Both the position numbers and the translations under genes were made by a program. Shown one piece after another: positions 1-10,548 of a stretch of DNA of 64,000 nt (position 1 is its first letter; each line of letters starts with the position of its first letter). The stretch spans positions 384,001-448,000 of the forward strand of contig JASGJN010000017.1 of NCBI GenBank assembly GCA_049840735.1, written 5' to 3'. This DNA is from Anaeromyxobacter sp. (GTDB taxonomy: Bacteria > Myxococcota > Myxococcia > Myxococcales > Anaeromyxobacteraceae). The notes below the pieces were generated by a model, which was not told the DNA's origin, searched no databases, and saw only the letters and a program-made list of their open reading frames with translations.

Positions 1-3000
1 GTCGTAGGTGGTGGAGGTCCCCTCGACGTTGACCTCGCTGCGCAGGTGACCGAGGCCATCCCAGTCGGCGGTGGAGGTCTGCACCTCCCCGCTGAAGCCG
101 GTCTTGAGGGTGGCCAGGCTGGTCGTGGCCGTGATGGTCACGTTGGCCGCCACGGCGCTGGCGTAGCGCGTGGTCTGCACCAGCTTGCCGTTCGCGTCGT
201 AGGCGAGCTCGGTCAGGTAGCGCTTGGGATCGACCTCGGCCACCTTCTGACCGCGCGCGTCGTAGTAGGTGAACGTGACCAGATCGTCCGTAGCGACGGA
301 CGCAGGGCGAAGGCCAGTCAGATCGCCCGTGGACCGGGCTGTGGCGACCTGGGCGGCGATGCTGGCCGCGTTGATGAAACCGGACACCTTGGTGGCGTAG
401 GCGGTCGACTGCACCTGGCGTCCGGAGGCGTCGTAGACGAACTCCGTCAGGTAGCCCTCGCCATCGATGGAGGCGCGCAGCAGCCCGTCCCGGTCCAGGA
501 TGCGGACCGCGGCGCGATCGGTGGCGTCCTGCACCACCTGCACCGCCATGGTGCCGGCGGTCACGGTCTCCACCAGAGCGCCCGAGACCGCAGTGGCGTT
601 GCTCGAGTCGCCCGCGTACACGGCGGAGAGGCTCTGCGAGCCGGTCGCCAGGGACACCTGGCTCACGGTCAGCGTGGCCACACCGCTCACCAGGCTGGCC
701 GTTCCGAGCACGGTCGTGCCGCTCAGGAAGGTCACCTTGCCGGTCGGCGAAGTCCCGGTCACGCTCGCGGTCAGCGTGAGCGCCTCGCCCTGGGCAACAG
801 ACGCCGCCGAGCGGCTGAGCGTCACCGACACCGGGGCAGCCATCACCTTGAGCACGGTGGTGGCCGAGGAGCTGCCCAGGTTGGTCGCATCGCCTCCGTA
901 CACAGCCTTGAGCGCATGGCCCATCGCCGACAGGTTGCTGACCGTGACCGACGCGACCCCGTTCACCAGGCTCGCGCTCGCGAACGGCGAGTTGCCATCC
1001 CAGAAGAGAATGGTGCCGGTGGCATCCGGGTTCGCGACCTGCGCAGTCAGGACCACCGGCGTTCCGACCGCCACCGAGCCGGCCGGCGAGACCGTGAGCT
1101 TGGTCTCAGGGCCGGCCTTGGTGACGTTGCGCGAGAAGGTGACCGCGCTGGCCGCGTTCTGCCCGTCGCCGGAGTAGGCGGCCGTGAAGGTGCCGGCACC
1201 CGTGGGCAGCGTCACGCCCGTCAGGCTGGCGATCCCGTCCACCACCTGCACCGTCCCAAGCACGGTCGAGCCCAGGAGGAACGTGACCGTGCCGGTGGGC
1301 TTGGTGCCCTGGACCTGGACCTCGAGCGGCCCGCAGCAGGAGACATCGCCCGTTGCCAGCGCAGTGACGCTGCTGGCCGGCCGCTCCATGAAGACGGTGA
1401 CCGCGCCGGACGCCGCCGACGCGTTATCCCGATCGTCAGCCTGGTAGGTGGCCGTGAGCGACAGGCTGCCCGCGCCGAGCTGCGTCGTGGTGAGCGTGGC
1501 CACTCCGTTGACCGTGTCCACCGTGCCGATCGCGTTGCCCCCGGCGTAGAAGGTCACCTTGCCGGTGGGGTTGACGGCGCCGGACACGCGCGCGGTCAGG
1601 GTGACCTGGGCGCCGACCAGCGCGTTCCGCGTCGAGGCGGTCAGCGTGGTCGTGGGGGTGGCGGCCTGCACGGTGACCGTCTTGGCGGCGGCCGCGCTGG
1701 TCTTGTTGGCCGTGTCTCCGGAGTAGACCGCCGTGATGGATTGCGTGCCCTTGGTGAGGGTCGAGACGGTCAGCACCGCCTGGCCGCTGACCAGGTCGGC
1801 GCTGCCGATGGCCACGCCGCCGGTAAAGAAGGTCACGGTGCCGGTGGGGGTGGTCCCGGCCACGGCGGCCGTCAGGGTCACGGGGTTGCCGGCCTGGACC
1901 GAGGTCGCGCTGACGGTCAGCGTGGTGGTGCTGGCCGGCAGGACCGCGTTGACCGTGACGGACACCTCGGCCGAGGTGCTCGAGGCGTTGACGGTGTTGC
2001 CCGCGTACTTGGCAGTCAGCTTGAACGTGCCCGCCGCGAGCGAGCTGGTGGTGAGCGTCGCCACGCCACCCGAGATGGTACCGGTCCCGATGGAGGCACC
2101 ATCCCGGTAGAACGTGACCGTTCCGGAGGGCTCGAACCCCGTCACCTGCGCGACCAGGGTCACGGAGGCCCCCTGGTCCAGCTTCAGCTTCGAGGCGCCC
2201 ACCTGCACGCGGGTCGGCGTCTTGAGTCCGGTGTCAAGCGCACCCGTGCTGCCAGCGCTGAGCTTGTCGCCCGAGTAGACCGCCAGGAGGTTGCCAAGGC
2301 CGGTGTTGGTGACGGCCAGCTCGGCCTTGCCGTTGATCACCTCGGCGGTGCCGATGAGCTGCATGTTGTCGAAGAAGCTGACCGTGCCGGTGACCACCCG
2401 GTCGGCATCGACCACGGTCAGCAGCGCGCCGGGAATCACCATGGCCGTCAGCTTCGAGGGGGCCCCCTCGACCCCGCCCGCCGTCAGCGTCACCTCGGTA
2501 CGAGTGACCCCAAGCGTAGGACCGGCCCCGGGAGCGGTGCCGCCGCTCACCGTTATGGTGGAGGTGGTCGAGAAGCTCCCGACGTTGCCCAGGTCACCGG
2601 CGTAGCTGGCCCGGACCGTGATCGGCCCGGTGTTCCCGAACTTGACCGCCAGGGTGGCGACCCCGTTCACGACCGCCGCCGTCCCCAGGACCGTGCTGCC
2701 GGTGAGGAAGGTCACCGTCCCCTGGGGCAACTTCCCCGCCACGCGCGCTGTGAGCGTCACGCTGGCGCCCATGGACGCCGTGGCCGGCGCGGTGAGGGTG
2801 GTGGCCGAGATCACCGGCAGGTCGGACTTGCTGGCCGCGTTGCCGGTGTCCCCCAGGTACTCCGCCCAGAGGCTGCTCGTGCCAGCGTCGGTGGTGAAGC
2901 CGTCCGCACCCACCACCGCGCTGGCCGATGGCGTGAGCGAGCCGACGGTCAGCGTGGCCACGCCGCCGTTCAGCGTACCCGTGCCAATCTGGGTGCTCCC

Positions 3001-6000
3001 GTTCCAGAAGCGGACCGTCCCGCTGGGCGCGAGGATCCCCGCTCCCGTCACCCGGGCGGTGAGCCGCAGGGGGAGCGCCGCCGTGCTGGTGGTCGCAGCG
3101 GAGGTGAGCACCAGGCTGGTCGGCGCGGGCTTCACCGTGCCCTCGAGCTTGCCGATCGAGGCCGCGTCCTCGGCGCTCCCGCCGTAGACCGCCGTGATGG
3201 TCCCATCGCTCGCGGTCAGCTCCGTGGCAAGCGTGGCCTTGCCGTAGGACAGCGCGGCAGTCCCGATCACCCGCGTGCCGGACAGGAACGTGACGGTCCC
3301 GACCGGCTCGAAATTCTCCCGTCCGCTCACCGTCGCGGTGAGCAGCACGTTCGCGCCGACCACCATTCCCGCTGGAGGCGTGGAGCTCGTCACCACCAGC
3401 GACGTAGCGTGCGGCGCCACGGTGGTCACCTGGGTGACCTCACAGGCCTTGTTCTTCGTGTCGCCGGCGTAGGACGCCTTGAGGGTGACCGCTCCGGCCG
3501 GCAAGGCGGAGGTGACCAGGGTCGCCTGGCCGTTCACGACCGATGCGGTCCCGAGCGAGATGGCCCCAGCGTAGAACGTGACCACACCGCTCGCGTTCAC
3601 CCCGGCGACCGAAGCCGTGAGGGTTGCCTCCTCGCTGAACACCAGACTGGAGATCGTCAGGCTGGCGGTGGTCGTGACCTGCTGCACGGTGACCGACGCG
3701 GTTCCCGCGCTCGAGGTCGTGCTGGTGTCGCCGGAGAAGACAGCGCGCAGCGAGGCGGCTCCCACCGGAAGTGACTTCACCACCAGGGCGGCGGTGGAGC
3801 CGCTCAGCGTGACACTTCCAAGGAGGGTCGAGCCGTTGAAGAAGCTAACGGTCCCCGTGGGCGATCCACCGGTCACCGTGGCGGTGAGTGTCACCGGGGT
3901 CCCGAAGGCCGGCGTGCTGCTGGACACGGACAGGCCGGTCGTGGTGGTGGTGCGCGCCGCCGAGACCGTCACGGCCGCGACGGTGGAGGTGGAGGGCCCG
4001 TTGTTCGAGTCGCCCCCGTAGGTCGCCTTGATCGAGTGGCTGCCCGCCGCCAGGGAGGCGGTGGTGAAGGTGGCCAGCCCGTTGACGATGGTGCCGGTCC
4101 CGAGGGCCGTCGCTCCGTCGTAGAAGGTCACCGTCCCGCCGGGCGTTGCGCCAGTGACCTGGGCCACGAAGGTGGCCGAGCCCGCCGGGATGGTCGCGCC
4201 CGGAATGAAGAGCGTCGTCGCGGTCGCAGCTGTCGTCACGGTCTCCGTGACGGCGGCTGAGGTGCTGTATGCCGCCGAGGCGTCGCCGGAGTAGACCGCC
4301 GTGATGGCGTTGGCTCCCACCGGCAGGTCCGAAAGCGTGAGCGAGGCCTTGTTGCCGGTCCCGACAGTTGCGCTGCCGAGCAGCGTGGTGCCCTTGAAGA
4401 AGGAGACCGTCCCAGTCCGGGTCGTGCCCGATCCGCCCGAGACCGTACCGGTGAGCACGACCGCTGTCCCGCGGGCGGTGGTCGCGCTGGAGAACGTCAG
4501 GACGGTGGTGCTGGCGGCAAGCGAGGAGGTCGGCCAGCTGGTGTTTCCCGGGCCGGGTGAGGTGGCAGAGGCCGCGCTGGAGACGCTGGTGGCGTTGTTC
4601 GCGTCACCTGCGTAGACCGCCGTGTAGGAGACGGCGGTGCCGACGGGGGGGTACACCACCAGCGAGGCGCGCCCACCGCTCACCGTTGCGGTACCGAGCG
4701 CACGCAACCCGGCAAAGAAGGTCACCAGGCCGGTCGGGGAGCTGCCGGTGATGGTTGCCGTGAGCGTGACGTTGTTGGTGTAGGGTCCTCCCGCAACCGC
4801 CGTGAGAGCCGTCGTGGTGGTCCGCGAGATGGTGGGCGTGACGATGTTGGAGGTCGCCTGGGCGTTGTTGGTGTCGCCCAGGTACTTGGCGGTGATTCGC
4901 GGAGCCCCCACCGCGAGCGACGTGACCGTCAGGGCCGCCACCCCGTCCACCACGTCCACTTGCGCGAGCTCGGTGGCGCCCGAGTAGAACGCCACCTTGC
5001 CCGTGGCCAGCGTCGCGCCCGTGGCCTGCGCCAGCTTGGCCGTGAAGGTGATGGCCGAGCCCTGCGCCGCCGCCGTGGCCGAAGACGATAGCGTGACCGT
5101 CACCGGCGCGGTGGTCACCGTCCTGTTGAGCGCCGTGCTGGTGGCGCTCGTGGCGCAGTTGGTGCTGCCGGTGTAGGTGGCCGACAGGGCGTTGCTGCCG
5201 CCAGGCAGGCTCGAGACGGTCAGCGTGGCCAGGCCGTTGCTGATGGTCGCCCGGCCCAGCACCGTGGTGCCGGTGAAGAAGGTCACGGTGCCGGTCGGCA
5301 CCACACCGTTCGTGCCCACCACGGTTGCCGTCAGCGTCACCGAGTTGCCGTGGATGATGCTGGCTGGGGCGCTGAGGGTGGTGGTGGTCGGCGCCGTGGC
5401 CACCGTCTCCGCCACCACGGCCGACGTGCTGGTGGCGTTCCGGGTGTCGCCGACATAGGTCGCCTTGAGGCTGGCGGTGCCCACCGTGAGGTTGGTCACG
5501 CTGAGCGTGGCCACGCCGCCGGTCAGCGTCGCCGTCCCCAGCAGCGTGCCGCCGCTGTAGAACGAGACCGTGCCGGCCGGGTTGTTTACGCCGCTCACGG
5601 TCGCGGTCAGGGTCCGGGCGGCACCGAGGCCGTCGGCGGCGCGGGTCACGGCCAGAACGGTGGTGCTGGTGGCGGGAGAGACCGTGGTCGAGGCGGCGGC
5701 CGAGATCGCGCCGGTGTTGACGCTGTCACCGGAGTAAACCGCCGTGAGGCTAGCGGTCCCGGAGGCAAGGTCATCGGTGATGAAGGTGGCCACGCCGCCC
5801 GTCACCGCCGCGCTGCCAAGCAGCGTGCTGTCGCGGAAGAAGCTGACCGTGCCGCTGGCCGTGCTGGAGCTGATGGTCGCCGTGAGGGTCACCGGCGCGC
5901 CCGCCACCACCGAGCCGGAGGAGACCGCCAGCGTGGCCGTCACCGCCGTCAGCTGGGTCACGTCGATCAGCGCCGAGGTGCTGGCCTGGTTCGACCCGTC

Positions 6001-9000
6001 ACCCTGGTAGACGGCCTTGACGGTCGACACGCCGGCAGGGAGACCGCTGGCCACGTAGCTGGCCACACCGTTCACCACCGCCACCGTCGCCAGCTCCACC
6101 GAGCCCCGGAAGAACTTGACCGTGCTCCCGGGGTTCGCCCCGGCCACGATGGCCGTGAGCGTCACGCTCCCGCCTGGCGCGATCCGGGCCGTCGAGACGC
6201 GCAGCTCGGTGGTGGTGTTGGGGGCCGCGTCTACCGTGGCCGCCACCACTGCCGAGGCGCTCCCGGCGTAGGCGCTGTCGCCGCCGTAGACGGCGGTGAG
6301 CTGCTGGCTGCCCACCGGCAGGCTGGTCACGGTCAGCGTGGCCACGCCGTTCACGACCTCGGCCGCGCCCACGCAGGTCTGGCCGGCGAAGAAGCTGATG
6401 GTCCCGGTCGCGCCCAGGTTCGGAAGCCCATCGGCCCCCAGCACGGTGGCCGTCAGCAGGCGGGTTGCGTACTGCCCGGTGCTGCCGGAGACCATCTCGA
6501 GCCGCGTGGACGTCGCCGTCCCGGCCAGCGTCAGCGTGACCCCGATGCCGTTGCCGAGCTTGGACGTATCGACCGGGGTGGCAAGCTTCGTGACCGAGAG
6601 CACCCGGGAGGCGCCATCGTACTGCGTCTGCGTCACGTACCCCAGGCCATCCACCTGCCAGGCCAGGCGACCGGCCGCGTCGTAGAAGCTCCAGGACTTG
6701 ACGTCCTGGGCGCCCGCCGCCACATCCGGGAGCGCCATGATGCTCTCGGGCGAGAGCCGCGCGATGGCGTCCCACGCCGTCCCGATGGCGGACGGCATGG
6801 TCGAGATCTCATACGTGCTGTCCGCGACGTTGGCGTACTGGAAGTAGCCACCGGCCGTCCGGAGCTGCTCAACCTCGCCCAGGTATTTGAGCCAGTTCGC
6901 CTTGTCCCCGAGTTTGTAGAACGCGACCGCTGCCCCGAGCGTGCCCTCCGACCACACGGTGCTTGCGGCCCCCGGATACTCGTCCTGAGCCGAGTAGGGC
7001 ATGAAGCCCTCGACCCCGTTGACGGTCGTTCCATAGACCGCGACCGCACGCTGGAGGGAGCTCCTGGCCTCGGCCATCCGGCCAGTGGCAGCGAGGAAGT
7101 AGGCCCCCCACGTCAGGCAGTCCAGCGCGCTTCCCGTGTCCACGGTGCTGGCGTCGGCGAGCCCCTGGTAGAAGTAGCCGCCCGCCACATTGAAGTGCGA
7201 CCGCATCAGGTTCTTGTCGATGCCTTCTGCCGCCCGCGCGTAGCGGTCGTCCTTGAACACCTCATAGGCCCACCGGAGCGCGAAGAACGCGTCGATGTTG
7301 TGCTCGGTGGACGCCCAGGGGAGCACGTAGCCGGCGTCCAGCTCGCCGTTCACGTACCGCCCTCGGCCGGCCGTGATGCTACCGGCCTGGATCCCGGTCG
7401 TCGCCTGCTGGGTCAGCAGGTAGTCCGCCGCCTTCTGCGCCGCGACACGCACGGCCTCAGGCGCAGCCGAGCCGCGGAGCGCCAGATACCGGGTCAGGGA
7501 ATAGAGACACCAGGCGACGGAGCCGTTCCGGACGTAGGCGTCCCCCTCCCCGGACAGCATGTTCACCGAGAACGGGAACGAGCCGTCGGCGAGCTGCGTC
7601 CCCACCAGCCCCATCACGGCACGGTCCAGCGCCGCGCCCTCCTTTGCTTCCACGAGGGCGCAGATGTAGACCGCCTGATCGTAGGTGTAGGTCCGGTTAC
7701 GGAGGCTCCCGTAGGCAGGATCCGTCGTGGCGACCTCGTAGGAGCGGATCCTCCCCGTGTTCTCGGAGTAGATGGCCTTCGTCGCGCCCGTGGACGTATC
7801 GATGAGCCGGACGAGCTTGACTCCGGCGTGCAGCGGAACCGTGAAGTCGACACGGCCATCGGCCGCGATCGCCAGCTCCTGCTGGACGTACTCGATGTCT
7901 GCCACCAGGACGTACTGGAGCTTCAGGTTCTGATAGTAGCCGCCTGAGACCTGGTACTTGGACGGGAGTCCGGAAACCTGGACGCTGGGCACCGCATTCT
8001 GGCCGTCGTTGAGGACGGTCAGGATCTCGCCTTCGTTCAGGTAGTTTTCGGAGAGCGCCGGCAGGTAGTTGGACCGCGCTGCCAGCGCCGCGAGATCGGC
8101 CTGCACCTTGGCGGCCTCGACGCCGTCGAGCGCCGGCCGTTCGGGGGCGGCGCTCGGGCGGAGGGCGTCCAGCGTGACGGCAGAAGCCGAGGCGCCTGGA
8201 TTCCCGTTGAACGCGATGGTCGGATTGCCCGACGAGTCGACCAGCCGGGCCGTGTCGACCGGGTTTGCGTACCGGATCTGCTGGGTGACCCGGTTGCTGG
8301 CGTCATGGATGTACTCGGTGAGCCCGCCGGCGGGGTCGATGTCCGCCACCTTGCGACCGGCCGCATCGTAGAGGACCCATGACCGCTGACCGGTGGGGTC
8401 CTGCGTCATCACCAGCCGATCGTCCCGGTCGTAGAAGTAGCGCGTGGTCCCTAGCTCGGTCCCTGCGTTGGACTGGACCACGCTCACCAGCCGGCCAGCG
8501 GCGTCATACGTGGACAGCGTGACGAGGCCATTCGCCAGGGTCGTCGTGGTGCGGTTCGCGGCGTCGTCGTAGAGCGTGGCGCTCTGGTTCGCGACCCCGA
8601 ACTCGCTCGACAGCTCCAGCTTGCCGATCAGCCGGCCGAAGCCGTCGTACCAGCAGTCCACCTCGGCCTTGGTGTCGGCCGAGACCGTCTTCACCAGCCG
8701 GCCGCGCTCGTCGTACACGAAGACCGTGGTCGCGCCCGAACCCACGCCCACGCCGGCTGCGTCCACGGCGGTGTAGCTGGTCTGCGCGCTGAGCTGGCCG
8801 CGCAGATCGAAGGCGTAGTCGGTCCGGACCGTCTGGGTCCGATCCGCTGCGGCCGTCCACGCGACCAGGTCGCTCTCGGCCGCGCTGCCGCTGTAGGTCC
8901 CCGCGCGATACTCGATGGAAGCGACGCGCTGCCCGTTCGCGTCGTAGCGCTGCTCGGTCACCCTCCCCTCCGCCGAGATGACGAAGCGGAGCTGGTTCTT

Positions 9001-10273
9001 CCCGAGCGCGTCGTAGACGTAGCGGGTGGTGAGCGGGTCCGTGCTGCTGGCGCCCGAGTAGATGGTCTCGGACAGCAGCTGGTTCTGGGCGTCGTAGGTG
9101 CGGACCAGGCGGTTCCCGGCGCTGTCCACCTGCTCGGTCAGGTTGCCCTTCACGAACGTGGTGGTGACCGTCCGGCCCATGCCGTCGGTGGCAGTCTGGA
9201 CGTCCTGGGTGGCGTCGTAGCTGTAGTCGACCCGCGTCTTGCCAGCGGCAGACTGGATCGACTTGAAGTTCCCGGCCGCGTCGTAGTCGCAGACCGTGAC
9301 CAGTCCCAGCGCGTCGGTGACCGCCGTCCGCTTCGCCGCCGTGTCGTAGGCGAAGGTGGTGACCTGGTCGAGCGCGTCGGTCACCTTGCTGACGCGGTAG
9401 CTGCCGTCGACCAGCGTGTACTCGAAGGAGAGCGAGGTCCCGTCGGACTGCGTGATCTTCGCGACCCGCGTGCTGGTCCCGTCGTAGGTGTAGGTCGTGG
9501 TGTAGGTGGACTGCGCCAGCCCCGCCGCCACCTGCGCGTCGTTCTTCGGGTTGAGCTTGACGCTCACCGTGCTCAGCCGGTTCTGCGCGTCGTAGGTGTA
9601 GCTGACGTCCACCACCGTCAGCGCCCCACCGATTCGACAGGACGGTGCTCACGCTGGTGAGCGTGCTTCCCGAGTAGGTGTAGGTGATGGACTCGCCGCT
9701 CGAGCTGAGGATCTCGGTGAGCAGCCCGTTCGTGTAGTTGAACGCGAGCGTGTTCCCGGCCGTGTCGACGGCCGAACGGATCCGCCCGAAGGTCCCGGCG
9801 TCGTAGTTCTCGCGCGCGCCCGTCGCGCCGTCGGTCCACGTGTAGGTGCCGTCGCCGTTGAGGACGATGACGTCCTGCGCCGAACCGTAGGTCGCCAGCG
9901 CCACGTAGCGATTGGGGTCGCCGGTGCCGACGTTGGAGTAGTCGACGAACGAGCCGTCGTAGTCGTACCGGCGCAGCGTCCCGCCGCCCAGGTCCTGGAT
10001 GGCCCGCGTCTGCGTGCCCTGCCAGTTGTCGCCGTTGCCGTCGAAGTCGTAGCCGCCCTGGCTGTTGTAGGTGCGGATGGTCGAGCCATCCGGCCCGCGG
10101 CCCGCCAGGACCGAGTCCACGTCCTGCAGCACCAGGTTGCCGGTCGCGATGTTGACGTACGCCCGCTCGCCGCTGCGGCCCTGGGTCGCCGAGCCGAGCA
10201 CCCCGCGACCGCCGAGGTTGGTGAGCGAGCTGAGGTTCAGGCCCAGCGAGTTCCCACTGAAGATCGCGACCAT
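1..10273 (-). CDS. Giant YD/RHS-repeat protein (>3,400 aa, 3' end outside window) with DUF6531-like N-terminus, inserted glycosidase-like helical domain and 21 Ig-like repeats; one +1 frameshift at ~9633, probably a sequencing error
   Basis: ATG at 10273 gives MVAIFSGNSLGL...VNIATGNLVLQDVD...RTYNS (RHS N-terminal motif). Removing one base in GATTC at 9631-9635 gives ...VLSIGGALTVVDVSYTYDAQNRL. Spot translation stays in this frame to base 1, with many YD repeats (YDAAGRL, YDARGQK, YDANGKL). Confidence 0.9.
555..6520 (-). repeat. 21 tandem bacterial Ig-like (Big_3_5-type) domains, ~90-105 aa each, inside the giant protein
   Basis: Recurrent G-T-V-x-F-x-x-G...LG...V..G.A.L....L..G...TAxYxGD pattern. 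YxGD-type motifs counted near 6290, 6005, 5735, 5455, 5175, 4885, 4615, 4290, 4020, 3735, 3470, 3185, 2860, 2600, 2275, 2005, 1725, 1445, 1175, 900 and 618. Confidence 0.85.
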
Positions 10274-10388
10274 GGTGTGCAGACCCCGTCGTCATGCCGC
10301 GATTTGCCCCCCGGAGCACCTGCCCCTCTGGCCGATCGCAGCTGGCGGATGGGTTATCCGCAGCCGCGCGCAGATGTTTAGGGCGGCC

Positions 10389-10404
10389 TGGCAGAAATCT
10401 TGAC
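10389..10404 (+). promoter_or_regulatory. Possible sigma54-like -24/-12 element (or sigma70 -35 TTGACG) upstream of the glycosyltransferase gene
   Basis: TGGCAGAAATCTTGAC has GG and TTG at sigma54 spacing, but the -12 is GA rather than GC. Lies in the divergent intergenic region. Confidence 0.25.
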
Positions 10405-10548
10405 GACGAGGGGAAACCCGAGGCCCGGGAGCGCTCGGCGCCGGAGAAGCGCCCGTTCGAGGCGTTCTGTCGCAGCGCGCTGCGACCGTTGCGACCCTCA
10501 CAGCGCGCGTGCCACCCTGCCCCTCCTCACCAGCGGGGGCGGCGCAGC

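Noticed and set aside
46..7947. Long plus-strand ORFs (46..3774, 5350..7947 and many shorter ones)
   Set aside because: Antisense shadows of the giant minus-strand gene. They give Arg/Gly/His-rich nonsense, while the minus frame gives clear YD and Ig motifs.
8504..10273. 589-aa ORF as a complete stand-alone gene
   Set aside because: It turns to nonsense after TVLS at ~9633; removing one base joins it to the long downstream frame.
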